Shown here: piece by piece, positions 54,642 to 63,284 of the stretch
Layout of the letters: each line of letters opens with the position of its first letter
How positions within the stretch are numbered: the stretch's first letter is position 1
Source of the DNA: a phage
Sequence record: PZ452610.1
Length of the DNA: 64,000 nucleotides
Direction: 5' to 3' (one strand)
Notes under the pieces: generated by a model
Database searches by the model: none
What the model was told of the DNA's origin: nothing
What the model saw: only the letters and a program-made list of their open reading frames with translations
Program-made: the position numbers and the translations under genes

Positions 54642-55585
54642 TATAACACCTCAATGGCATTTCGTAAACCATCCGCTTTCGCATTCAGAGCTTTTAACGA
54701 TTTAGTCTGTTCTTTAATCTGGGCTTCGACTTCTTTCAGACGAGATTTGAGATATTCGCGTTCTTCGGCCATGATATCGACCTTTTCTGCTTTAGGTTCT
54801 TTAATAGGCTTAAACACATTAGGGTTCTTCAGTTTAATTTTAATTCGAGAACTGAATAACATTGAACCGTTATCTTCGGTTTCGTCGAACATTTCAACAA
54901 CATCCATAGTCTGTAACATCATGCGAAGTTTATAAGACAGAGAACGAATGGTTTTGTTGCGCTTATTAATTTCTTCGGCTTTCATGGTACCGAGATTACG
55001 TGAGTAATAATAAGGAACCTGGATATCAATTGATAACGATGCGTTACCATTACCAGTTGGTTTGAATACTGCAGTAACCCAATCTTTAACATGAACTTTA
55101 TTTGTACGACCATCGCCGCCTGTGAATAATTTACGTGAATGTTTAAAAAGCATATTCACTTGGTTATTGAATTCACAAGCAAATTTATCAGCAAATTTAG
55201 TTTCAGGAATGGTGGAGAACCAATCAGCTAAATGAGTCTTTTTAACATCATTAACAATAGTGAATTCAACCAAATCGGTTTTAGATGTCACAGATTTAAT
55301 AAAGCTCGGTTTCATAAAGTTTTTAATGTTATCACGAGCCACAGTAGAAGATAATAAACGAGAACGTTTGAACCATTGAAGCAACGTCCCTAATGAATGA
55401 GAATATGCATTTTGAGTATCTTTACAGATATGATTTTCTTGGCCTGTGTATGTACCAAAATCGCGAAGAATACCACTTACTACATCTCGGTGTGGAACAT
55501 CAAATCCTAATGAACCAGAAGCACGTTGGGCATGAACGTTAGCGATAAGACCTGCAAAGTATTCAATGTAATGTGAACGTGTCAT
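54641..55585 (-). CDS. hypothetical protein (314 aa) with C-terminal coiled-coil-like tail
   Basis: ORF track; preceded by conserved promoter cassette. Confidence 0.55.
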   Translation of the reverse strand: MTRSHYIEYFAGLIANVHAQRASGSLGFDVPHRDVVSGILRDFGTYTGQENHICKDTQNAYSHSLGTLLQWFKRSRLLSSTVARDNIKNFMKPSFIKSVTSKTDLVEFTIVNDVKKTHLADWFSTIPETKFADKFACEFNNQVNMLFKHSRKLFTGGDGRTNKVHVKDWVTAVFKPTGNGNASLSIDIQVPYYYSRNLGTMKAEEINKRNKTIRSLSYKLRMMLQTMDVVEMFDETEDNGSMLFSSRIKIKLKNPNVFKPIKEPKAEKVDIMAEEREYLKSRLKEVEAQIKEQTKSLKALNAKADGLRNAIEVL

Positions 55586-55613
55586 AATATTTTCCTCTCG
55601 TTAAGATAGATTC

Positions 55614-55643
55614 ATTATACTCCAACCATCCTTGGTTGTAAAC
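55614..55643 (-). promoter_or_regulatory. early-type promoter (repeated cassette copy)
   Basis: Minus strand GTTTAC-aaccaaggatggttggag-TATAAT, identical core to 13604-13633. Confidence 0.5.
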
Positions 55644-55647
55644 TATT

Positions 55648-56607
55648 TTATGATTTTAACGCATTCATTGCGTTAAAAAGTTTAGAATACTGCAACTGGA
55701 GATTCGTTACAACACTTTGAGCATCACGAAGCTTAGCTTGTGCTTTGTCAAGTTCAACAGACAGTTGGTCCATAGTGGCCTTGATTTGATTGTAATGGTA
55801 ATCTTCGGCCGGAAGAAGGTCATTAGAAACATTTAGTTTTACTGCAGACAGTTTGCACACATTTGGCAAACCTTTAAACATTGATTTACCCGAAGTAGAA
55901 TAAGCACTTAGGACTTCGGCCTGTTCAATTGGGGTCCCAGTAAGCGATGCTTCAAACAATGCATTTTCCTTTTTAAGATTTTGATAATATTCGGAGTCTT
56001 TGTGCCACCATGGCGCAGGAACCTTTTTACCAATAGATACACGAGCCTGGATAGCGATATGGCCCTTATTCTTGATAAGGTCGATAATATTAAGCTCACG
56101 AGAATAAATCGCTTTAATCTGGTGGATATTATCACCTAAAACTTCCAACGCTTGGTGGAATACACGAGCGACATTATCATTCTTAGGTTTATACGTAAGA
56201 GTGAACTCATTCTCACTGATAACCATGATTTCCAACTTATCGTAAGTATATTTCAAATGTTTCATGTTAATTGCTTGAGGACGAATACGAGAAGCAATGG
56301 CCATCAGATTGTTAAGGTTATTCCGGAACTGCTTAGCGAAATATTGTCCTTCACCGCCAATACAAAAATTACGAAGTTTCTGTTTGGCCAATAAACGGCT
56401 GAACTCACCATTTTTAATGAACTCTTTAACGGGTGTGTTAGTAACGCATTCAAATTGAGTAAACTTACGAGAAGTAATCCCATAATATGAACAGATTTCC
56501 TCAATCTCTTCAGGAGTCTTTACAGGCATACGGATAGGATTAGGTCCTGGAGTATATGCGTTCGAGGTAAATTCTTTGATAAGTTCTCTACGTGTAATAA
56601 AAGCCAT
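55648..56607 (-). CDS. hypothetical protein (319 aa) with C-terminal coiled-coil-like tail
   Basis: ORF track; preceded by conserved promoter cassette. Confidence 0.55.
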   Translation of the reverse strand: MAFITRRELIKEFTSNAYTPGPNPIRMPVKTPEEIEEICSYYGITSRKFTQFECVTNTPVKEFIKNGEFSRLLAKQKLRNFCIGGEGQYFAKQFRNNLNNLMAIASRIRPQAINMKHLKYTYDKLEIMVISENEFTLTYKPKNDNVARVFHQALEVLGDNIHQIKAIYSRELNIIDLIKNKGHIAIQARVSIGKKVPAPWWHKDSEYYQNLKKENALFEASLTGTPIEQAEVLSAYSTSGKSMFKGLPNVCKLSAVKLNVSNDLLPAEDYHYNQIKATMDQLSVELDKAQAKLRDAQSVVTNLQLQYSKLFNAMNALKS

Positions 56608-56633
56608 TTTATATTCCTCATGTTGAAAAATTT

Positions 56634-56662
56634 ATTATACTCCAACCATCCTTGGTTGTACA
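56634..56662 (-). promoter_or_regulatory. early-type promoter (repeated cassette copy)
   Basis: Minus strand TGTACAACCAAGGATGGTTGGAGTATAAT. Confidence 0.5.
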
Positions 56663-57658
56663 TCATTCCTTAAGAAGTTTTACTACCTGAATAAGATTAG
56701 CTCGTTCTGTTTTATTTTTACCGTTTAAGCCTGCTAATCGTGAGATTTCATCGTCAGTCTGTTGAATAGTTACATTAAGTTCGTTAATCAAAGCTTCAAA
56801 GTATTTGATTTGCTCAGCATGTTTTGATTCAAATTTCTGAACCGGAATAACGTCTTGGTTCAGTTCATCAATAAGGTCTTTAAGAGCATCTTCTTGGTTG
56901 ATATCATATTCAACTTCTTTTATTTCTTCAACGAGCTCGTCTTTATATCTAACGTCTTTTAGTCCTGGAGCTGGTCCTGAAATCTCTTCTTTAAGAGTAC
57001 AAACATACCCAATACGGTATCCAACGCCGTCTCGCTTGATATCAACTTCGTCGATAAATCCACAATGTTTAAGTCCAGAGCCGATTATGTCAAAATATCC
57101 TTGACGTCGTCCTTCAAACGTTACACGAACTACTAAGACGGTTTTGCCACCGACCTTTTGAAGCTCACATTTATAAAAGTTTGTTGAACCTGAATAACAT
57201 GGATGAGTTTTAAAGTTCATCTGACGATCTAGGCCCATTTGTAAACGTGCTGTTACGGCCATAAAACGTGTTTGGTTCTCGTTAAGATGAGCAACAATCC
57301 ATTTCAAAGGCATTTTACCCTGTTCACGGCCGAACAAATCAGTACGTCCTAGATTACGCAGGATGTTGTTAGAGTTAATCATCGACAGAACGTTAAGTTT
57401 ATTCAGCGCGCTGAAGATTCCATCAGCCATTGATTTTCCATAACCTTTACACGCTTTAATAAGTGCTCGCGGCAGATTAGTATAGATTTCAGACGGCATA
57501 TGAAAATCAAATTTACTAGTCAGTAATTGATGAACTTGGATAGCAATTTGCTCATAATTAAGTGCTCTGCGATCGTTATGGTCTTTAAACCATACTTTAA
57601 TCTGTGAAGCACATAAACCGTTAATTTCATGTTTTACCGCATCAGATGTAATGCTCAT
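56663..57658 (-). CDS. hypothetical protein (331 aa) with C-terminal coiled-coil-like tail
   Basis: ORF track; preceded by a degenerate copy of the promoter cassette. Confidence 0.55.
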   Translation of the reverse strand: MSITSDAVKHEINGLCASQIKVWFKDHNDRRALNYEQIAIQVHQLLTSKFDFHMPSEIYTNLPRALIKACKGYGKSMADGIFSALNKLNVLSMINSNNILRNLGRTDLFGREQGKMPLKWIVAHLNENQTRFMAVTARLQMGLDRQMNFKTHPCYSGSTNFYKCELQKVGGKTVLVVRVTFEGRRQGYFDIIGSGLKHCGFIDEVDIKRDGVGYRIGYVCTLKEEISGPAPGLKDVRYKDELVEEIKEVEYDINQEDALKDLIDELNQDVIPVQKFESKHAEQIKYFEALINELNVTIQQTDDEISRLAGLNGKNKTERANLIQVVKLLKE

Positions 57659-57693
57659 AACTATTTCCTCGGATTGAATTGGAACTCAAAACC

Positions 57694-57717
57694 ATTATAA
57701 CCCGTCCTTGGGTAAAG
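57694..57717 (-). promoter_or_regulatory. degenerate copy of promoter cassette (spacer 12 bp)
   Basis: Minus strand CTTTAC-cccaaggacggg-TTATAAT; about 6 bp shorter than functional-looking copies. Confidence 0.25.
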
Positions 57718-57720
57718 CGT

Positions 57721-58248
57721 TTATGCGTGAACCGACTTTAAACGTTCTTCAAATTTCCGAAGAGTACTAATACGTTCTGCTTTCTGTTTTGTATAGTTTG
57801 CAATACGTTCTGAAGTGAGAGCGTATCGTTCGTTTACTGTTTCTTTCATGAAGTCAGGGATTTCACGAGAAGCTTTAATTTCATCAAACTTATCGAGTAC
57901 TGCCTGGTCTTCAGCAATTAAATTTTCGTACATCTCGATATCTTTCTTGATGAAGTCGATATCTTCCTGGGTTACTTTGGATAAACGAGATGCTTTATCC
58001 TTTTTGTACTGCTCGTTAGTTTCACGAGACCAGAATAATGTACGTTTTTTGTTAGTGTTTTTGTAGACTTCCACAATTCCAACTGAATCGATGATAACAA
58101 TCCAATTCCAGCGAGATTTGAAAATCTGACCTCCGTCCACGGTAATCTCGTTACCATAAGCAATGTCATTAAAGAACTTACTTTGTGCTTCGGATTTAAA
58201 TTTACCGTCGTTATAATTTACCAGGTTGAAAATATCTTTAGCGTTCAT
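57721..58248 (-). CDS. hypothetical protein (175 aa) with C-terminal coiled-coil-like half
   Basis: ORF track; GAGGT RBS; early promoter at 58276-58304. Confidence 0.55.
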   Translation of the reverse strand: MNAKDIFNLVNYNDGKFKSEAQSKFFNDIAYGNEITVDGGQIFKSRWNWIVIIDSVGIVEVYKNTNKKRTLFWSRETNEQYKKDKASRLSKVTQEDIDFIKKDIEMYENLIAEDQAVLDKFDEIKASREIPDFMKETVNERYALTSERIANYTKQKAERISTLRKFEERLKSVHA

Positions 58249-58275
58249 GTTTTACCTCCAGTAGTTGATAGGTCT

Positions 58276-58304
58276 ATAATAACATAACCATAGACCTTGT
58301 AAAC
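58276..58304 (-). promoter_or_regulatory. early-type promoter with stem-loop (repeated cassette)
   Basis: Minus strand GTTTAC, 17 bp, TATTAT; GGTCTAT/ATAGACC stem; copy of 25125-25174. Confidence 0.5.
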
Positions 58305-58306
58305 AA

Positions 58307-58594
58307 CTAAAAGAAACTTTTTTCGGTATTTTTTCCACTGAACCAAACAGACTTCGGGATTTTTTGTAATTTTTCAGATTTAAGTTTCTCTTCCTGTTCT
58401 TTCTTATATACACCCTTGTCGTACTGGAGCATCTCTATGACATTCTTTTGCAAACGATCTAAGGTAATTAAGGCTTTAGTTTTTCCTTTCAAGGAAGAGT
58501 CCTGGCGAACCTCCTCGCTATATTGCATTGTAGAACTAACCATACGATGAGCATAGAGTTCGACTGCGGCTTTAATTTTTTGCATAAAATCCAT
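58307..58594 (-). CDS. hypothetical protein (95 aa)
   Basis: ORF track; AGAGGA RBS. Confidence 0.45.
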   Translation of the reverse strand: MDFMQKIKAAVELYAHRMVSSTMQYSEEVRQDSSLKGKTKALITLDRLQKNVIEMLQYDKGVYKKEQEEKLKSEKLQKIPKSVWFSGKNTEKSFF

Positions 58595-58732
58595 AACATA
58601 TCCTCTTTGATTTGTACATCATTATTTTTAAATATTTCTATGCCCTCAGTAGGTTCCTGGTGTCCTTCTTTGAGGTAAGCCATATGATTATTCATCTTTA
58701 TGGCTTTTGTTACCTCAGAACTTCCTATAAGC

Positions 58733-59734
58733 TTATTTCAGTAAAGTAACTTCCGAGATTTCTTCCCAACCATCTTTATCAGTTGAAATAAAATCTGCTA
58801 CATAAAGAGCCGTACGTAATGATACATTGCGAAGACGAGATACGTTAGCCTTCATCCAGGACAATGCTTTATACGTTTCTGCATCCGTCAGACCACGTTT
58901 CTGCATCATGTCAGTAGATAATATTACATCTTCAACTCGAACCATAATCTCTTCATTAGAGTGTACTCCAAGGTCGAGATACACTGAACGAGATACTAAA
59001 GCTTGAAGGTGTGGAGCAAGTTTCGAACCCCGTTCTAACTCTTTATCGATATCAACGTTTGTAATGAAAACGATAGTACCTTCAAACTCAAATTCTTTAT
59101 CAATACCCTTATCCTCGAGATAAGATGACGCAGTGCTCCAACAAACTTTGCGTTTATCTCCGGTATCTAATGCTGCTTTAAGAAGGTTCAGGATGTCCAT
59201 ATCTGAGAATACGTCAACGTCATCGATTAAGAGAACGCTGTCTTCATCACGGTTGAGCCAAAGTTGTTCGTAAAGGCCAATACCAGAGATTTTACCATTA
59301 ATGCTTTTGTATTTGATGAAACCATTATCATTAGCATTATTAAGTGCTTTATCCAGAGAATACGTCTTACCAATACCAGCTGCACCTGAAATAATGAGTG
59401 AACGAATTTTGCCATCGATAATGCCATTCGTCATCATGTTCATTACTTTAAAGCGTTTGTTGATACGGGTTTTCATATCTTCAGTGCTTTCAACAACTGC
59501 AACTGGTGATGTCTCAACTCCTTCCATTACGATGTCTGATTTGAAGACCCATACTCCACGTTCAGAACCATCAATCATAACGAAAATTTTACCATCACCT
59601 AAGTGGGAACATTCAGGATTAAGCTTTGCCGGGAACCAGGTCTTTGTGGCAACATAAGAACCAGAGATTTCGTTATTACGATAGATACCTTTTTTGATTT
59701 GAACGTTGAACATTTTATTCTCCAATTTACTCAT
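58733..59734 (-). CDS. P-loop NTPase (AAA-like ATPase) of unknown function
   Basis: 333 aa; Walker A SGAAGIGKTYS, Walker B VLLIDDVD; about 100-aa N-terminal extra domain. Confidence 0.6.
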   Translation of the reverse strand: MSKLENKMFNVQIKKGIYRNNEISGSYVATKTWFPAKLNPECSHLGDGKIFVMIDGSERGVWVFKSDIVMEGVETSPVAVVESTEDMKTRINKRFKVMNMMTNGIIDGKIRSLIISGAAGIGKTYSLDKALNNANDNGFIKYKSINGKISGIGLYEQLWLNRDEDSVLLIDDVDVFSDMDILNLLKAALDTGDKRKVCWSTASSYLEDKGIDKEFEFEGTIVFITNVDIDKELERGSKLAPHLQALVSRSVYLDLGVHSNEEIMVRVEDVILSTDMMQKRGLTDAETYKALSWMKANVSRLRNVSLRTALYVADFISTDKDGWEEISEVTLLK

Positions 59735-59751
59735 TTCGTTTCGATAGGTCT

Positions 59752-59780
59752 ATAGTATCATATCCTAAAAGCATGTACAC
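59752..59780 (-). promoter_or_regulatory. early-type promoter upstream of P-loop ATPase gene
   Basis: Minus strand GTGTAC, 17 bp, TACTAT. Confidence 0.45.
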
Positions 59781-59807
59781 TACTTTTTAAAAATATTTTA
59801 ACCCCCT

Positions 59808-59827
59808 AAAGGGACCCGAAGGTCCCC
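59808..59827 (-). terminator. UUCG-tetraloop hairpin after secreted-protein gene
   Basis: Minus strand GGGACC-UUCG-GGUCCC then UUUAGGGGG. Confidence 0.45.
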
Positions 59828-59831
59828 ACAT

Positions 59832-60098
59832 TTACTTATCACACTTAGCAACATAATTAGGCATATCACAGAATACAGAGCGAGTAACTACTCGACCCTT
59901 TGACCATGCTTCAGTTGCTTGTCCGGCCGTGCTATTAATATAGCTTGATTTAATGTTCTCAATACCCTGAGAATGTGATGCATTTACCGAACCGTTAGAA
60001 GGCCCAGAAGACTGGTTACCACCAGCTCCTGCGCCCGTGGTAGCACCAACAGAGAATGCCATCATTACTGCGAATAAACCAATTACTAATTTTTTCAT
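59832..60098 (-). CDS. small secreted protein (88 aa)
   Basis: N-terminal signal peptide MKKLVIGLFAVMMAFSVGA; Gly/Ser-rich linker; TATAAATA late promoter upstream, UUCG hairpin downstream. Confidence 0.55.
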   Translation of the reverse strand: MKKLVIGLFAVMMAFSVGATTGAGAGGNQSSGPSNGSVNASHSQGIENIKSSYINSTAGQATEAWSKGRVVTRSVFCDMPNYVAKCDK

Positions 60099-60129
60099 AT
60101 TTACCTCAAGTTAATGGTTATTTATCTAT

Positions 60130-61119
60130 TTATTTATAGTAAGAATTATGATTTTCGAGATAGACTTGCTCAAGGAAGTCATCCCAGAAACTCATATCTA
60201 CTTTTTGTTGCATACCGTTCTTAGCGGCTTGTTCTGACGCATGTTCAACTTGGTCAACGATATCTTCTAGGAATTCTTGCACAGTTTTAAACGTATGTTT
60301 ACCAAGCTTAACATCGAGAATAAATGGAGCATCCTGAAGTGGGTAAACCAGGTCGCCGGTTTTGTAAATTTCCAATAATTGAAGTCCACCACGACATGCA
60401 TGACTCAATGCTTTCCAGTCAATACCTTCGTTAGCTTCTGCCTTACGAGCACGTTCGCCATAGTTCTCTTCCAGTTTAACCAGGATGGCATTGAACTCTT
60501 TATTGGTTAACGTATCTTGGAATTTACGGTCTAACAGATTATAGAATGTTTGCTTACCTGTTTTCTCGTTTTCGGTTTCAACCCATGAAGCAAATTCACC
60601 TACAGGCAGAACATTCTTCATATGTGATAAACGAATTACTGCACCATTATCAAAGTATTGTCCCCATTCATTAGAACGTTTAAGGGCTTGACGAAGAACA
60701 GCCAGTCGAGAACCCTTGACACCGTATTTAGAAGCTTGCTTACGGACATACCCTAAATAAGATTTCATGTTAGTGGTATAGAAACGAGACCTGTTATCTT
60801 GAATATACTTCCATACATCAGGCAAATCAGATTTAACTACTAGACTTTGTGGAGTGTGAAGCATATCTAATGCGACGGTTTCACCATCTGCAGCTAGTTT
60901 AAAGAAATATTTGAGACTATATAACTCATGGTCCACGTCGTCTTTTGTGTTCTTAGAAGATGTGTTATTCGTGTTCTTGCTCATGTGTTCTTTAACGTTA
61001 CCGGTCAAGATATCACGAGCATGAGGGACATAAATTTCTTTAAAATCGACGTCAGATTCAGGAGTAGACGTTCCATAAAGGTGGCTACCAAAGTAGCCTT
61101 TCATAATTGTTTTCATCAT
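60130..61119 (-). CDS. Pol-beta-superfamily nucleotidyltransferase domain protein
   Basis: 329 aa; N-terminal GSHLYGTSTPESDVDF (GS...D.D) plus downstream VALDM third acidic residue. Confidence 0.55.
   Translation of the reverse strand: MMKTIMKGYFGSHLYGTSTPESDVDFKEIYVPHARDILTGNVKEHMSKNTNNTSSKNTKDDVDHELYSLKYFFKLAADGETVALDMLHTPQSLVVKSDLPDVWKYIQDNRSRFYTTNMKSYLGYVRKQASKYGVKGSRLAVLRQALKRSNEWGQYFDNGAVIRLSHMKNVLPVGEFASWVETENEKTGKQTFYNLLDRKFQDTLTNKEFNAILVKLEENYGERARKAEANEGIDWKALSHACRGGLQLLEIYKTGDLVYPLQDAPFILDVKLGKHTFKTVQEFLEDIVDQVEHASEQAAKNGMQQKVDMSFWDDFLEQVYLENHNSYYK
60131..60138 (-). promoter_or_regulatory. late-promoter-like TATAAATA upstream of secreted 88-aa protein gene
   Basis: Minus strand TATAAATA about 33 nt upstream of ATG at 60096-60098. 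Confidence 0.4.
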
Positions 61120-61589
61120 TTAGCCTTATATTCAAGAGTAGGACAGACTTTTTCTTTACGAGCTTTAAGGTATTCGCCTATTAATGATTTCTTACGTTCA
61201 ATAGGCTCAAGTCCATTTTTAATTCGTTCTTGGTTTTGCGCAATGAGCTCAATTTCTTTATAATATTTTCTGTCGTTATATTTGTCTAACAACCAAGACG
61301 GACCAATTACCAACCCGGTAGCAATAAAAGCCATGACTGCTACAATTAAAATGCCTACACCAATTGAGGCTGGAACTAATGTCCATAGACTGCTAAAAAC
61401 AAAGAATTTAGTTAAAATTTCCTGGCCAATGATTGTGACTGCTGCTAAAATCGCAAATCCAATAATTGAAACAGCCAATACCGGGATTAACGTTTTCCAA
61501 AAATAAGCACACAACGTTTTCGGACGATTCCATGTACTATTGAACGCGGCATAAATTTTAAAGTGCCAAGAGTTTTCATTGATAATCAT
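61116..61589 (-). CDS. membrane protein (157 aa)
   Basis: ORF track; several hydrophobic helices; stop overlaps NTase start. Confidence 0.55.
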   Translation of the reverse strand: MIINENSWHFKIYAAFNSTWNRPKTLCAYFWKTLIPVLAVSIIGFAILAAVTIIGQEILTKFFVFSSLWTLVPASIGVGILIVAVMAFIATGLVIGPSWLLDKYNDRKYYKEIELIAQNQERIKNGLEPIERKKSLIGEYLKARKEKVCPTLEYKAK

Positions 61590-61598
61590 AATAATTCC

Positions 61599-62129
61599 TT
61601 ATTTCAAAGTTGGGATAATAGAATCGAGATAAGCTTTAAGAGCAACTGCTTCATCTTTGTCTAATGTAACGATATGTTGACGAAGGTCATCAATTTGACG
61701 AATAACTACAACATCGCCATCTTCATAAGAAGGATTAACGCCTAGGACCGTTGTATAGTCAGGGCGGTCCTGATTTGTAATAAAAGCATTACGGCATTTA
61801 GCCCATTGAAGTTTGGCCTTTTTGGCTATTTCAGATTCCATTAATTCTTTCACCTTAGTGACGAATGTTTTCCAATTATTGATAGAAAGGCATTCATCTT
61901 CTGTTTCGATATTAACCCCACTATAAAGACCGTGATAAAAACGAACTTGAAGGTCTTCATCGATGTTAATTACAGATGCATGGCCTGGCGGATTGAGTTT
62001 CAAAATCTTGTCCAGTTCCATAGGAAGAATAGTAACAGAATCATCTTCTTGTGTCAGAACGTAAGCATAACCACGTTTTTCGATACATAAATCACCAAAC
62101 AACTCGGTTGTTTCAATTACAATTTTCAT
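61599..62129 (-). CDS. hypothetical protein (176 aa)
   Basis: ORF track trimmed to MKIVIE start with GGTGA RBS. Confidence 0.5.
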   Translation of the reverse strand: MKIVIETTELFGDLCIEKRGYAYVLTQEDDSVTILPMELDKILKLNPPGHASVINIDEDLQVRFYHGLYSGVNIETEDECLSINNWKTFVTKVKELMESEIAKKAKLQWAKCRNAFITNQDRPDYTTVLGVNPSYEDGDVVVIRQIDDLRQHIVTLDKDEAVALKAYLDSIIPTLK

Positions 62130-62130
62130 A

Positions 62131-62310
62131 TTATTCACCAATTAAAGTTTCAACAAAATTCACCAAAGCATTCTGGCACGCATCAACCTGATTTTCATAA
62201 AAGTCTCCGTTATCATTTACCGCGTGATAAGCTACATCATTCAAATCTGAATCGGCTTCACGTAGGTCACGGATAAGGTCCATCAATTTATTAGCTTGTT
62301 CACGGGTCAT
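62131..62310 (-). CDS. small acidic protein (59 aa)
   Basis: Sub-threshold ORF MTREQANKLMDLIRDLREADSDLNDVAYHAV... Confidence 0.35.
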   Translation of the reverse strand: MTREQANKLMDLIRDLREADSDLNDVAYHAVNDNGDFYENQVDACQNALVNFVETLIGE

Positions 62311-62445
62311 TTTACCATACTCGTTTCAATAAGATTCACTATGCCGTTTACCATGTTATAAGTAAACATCGGATAATTGTATTGTACTACAACATAAGCG
62401 ATAAGCAAAAGTTTCATTTTGTTCTCCGTTTGTTTTGGTAGGACT

Positions 62446-62475
62446 ACTATAACATAGTCCTACCAAGATGTAAAC
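62446..62475 (-). promoter_or_regulatory. early-type promoter with stem-loop
   Basis: Minus strand GTTTAC, 18 bp, TATAGT; GTAGGACTA/TAGTCCTAC 9-bp inverted repeat around -10. Confidence 0.5.
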
Positions 62476-62681
62476 TACCGATTGTGTTTTAAATGTTGAT
62501 AAAGTTCTTCAACTTGTTTTGGGTCTAAAACAATTAGGTCATTTTCTTGGCGAAGATAAATCCATCCCTTATCCCCAGGACCATTTTTACAAAACATTGC
62601 CACCATATCATCATCTTCAGCGCTTTCAGGTAAAAGTTCAAGCACACCGTCTTCAGATTTTCTAGTATAATCGTAAAGCAT
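62475..62681 (-). CDS. hypothetical protein (68 aa)
   Basis: ORF track trimmed to MLYDYTRK start with GAGGA RBS. Confidence 0.45.
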   Translation of the reverse strand: MLYDYTRKSEDGVLELLPESAEDDDMVAMFCKNGPGDKGWIYLRQENDLIVLDPKQVEELYQHLKHNR

Positions 62682-62688
62682 AATATCC

Positions 62689-62868
62689 TCACATAATCTC
62701 GTTAACATACATTTGCAATTCAGTGTGGGCGTCGGCCATCTTTTTCATAGCTCTGTTAATGTCGATGTCTCCATCTTCGCACCCATGAGCATTTTCCCAA
62801 TCAGATACCGCATTAGCATACTCTTCAATCAAAAACATCAACTTAGAAATCTTTTCTTTACGTGTCAT
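62689..62868 (-). CDS. small protein (59 aa)
   Basis: Sub-threshold ORF MTRKEKISKLMFLIEEYANAV...; AGGAG RBS downstream of promoter 62896-62924. Confidence 0.35.
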   Translation of the reverse strand: MTRKEKISKLMFLIEEYANAVSDWENAHGCEDGDIDINRAMKKMADAHTELQMYVNEIM

Positions 62869-62895
62869 AGCGTTCTCCTATAGTAAGTAAGGACT

Positions 62896-62924
62896 ACTAT
62901 AACACAACCTGAGGAGAAGTAAAC
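62896..62924 (-). promoter_or_regulatory. early-type promoter following terminator
   Basis: Minus strand GTTTAC, 17 bp, TATAGT, then AGGAG RBS and ATG at 62866-62868. Confidence 0.5.
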
Positions 62925-62933
62925 TGATAGATG

Positions 62934-62962
62934 CCAAAAAGCCCCAACCATAAGGAAGGGGC
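62934..62962 (-). terminator. intrinsic terminator
   Basis: Minus strand GCCCC-12 nt loop-GGGGC followed by UUUUU. Confidence 0.5.
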
Positions 62963-62969
62963 TAGTAAA

Positions 62970-63272
62970 TTAGATAGATGTAGGCTCTAATTTTATTTTC
63001 ATGAACTCGGCAAATTGTCTGGCAGTTTTTATGCCTTGTTCATGACATTCAAATGCATCATCACAGGGACTATTTTTGTAATGCTTTGCCATATACTTAT
63101 AGAATTTTTCAGAATTCTCGACATTTTGAATTTCAAACAAAGTATATACGTTTTTAATCCCTGATTCCATAAAGTTATCAAAATATGGGTCGATATATGC
63201 AGTACCAACGATAGGAGTTGTTGCTGCAAAAAACCCCAGCATCGCCATGACAGCTATCGCTCTTAAGGCCAT
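62970..63272 (-). CDS. secreted or membrane-anchored protein (100 aa)
   Basis: Hydrophobic N-terminus MALRAIAVMAMLGFFAATTPIVG; terminator hairpin downstream. Confidence 0.5.
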   Translation of the reverse strand: MALRAIAVMAMLGFFAATTPIVGTAYIDPYFDNFMESGIKNVYTLFEIQNVENSEKFYKYMAKHYKNSPCDDAFECHEQGIKTARQFAEFMKIKLEPTSI

Positions 63273-63284
63273 ATAGGCCTCCTG

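Noticed and set aside
55657-55676. TTAACGCA...TGCGTTAA inverted repeat
   Set aside because: Falls within the last codons of the 319-aa ORF; no U-run
58489-58695. 68-aa minus-strand ORF
   Set aside because: Overlaps 58307..58594 by 106 nt and lacks a usable RBS, whereas the 95-aa ORF has AGAGGA
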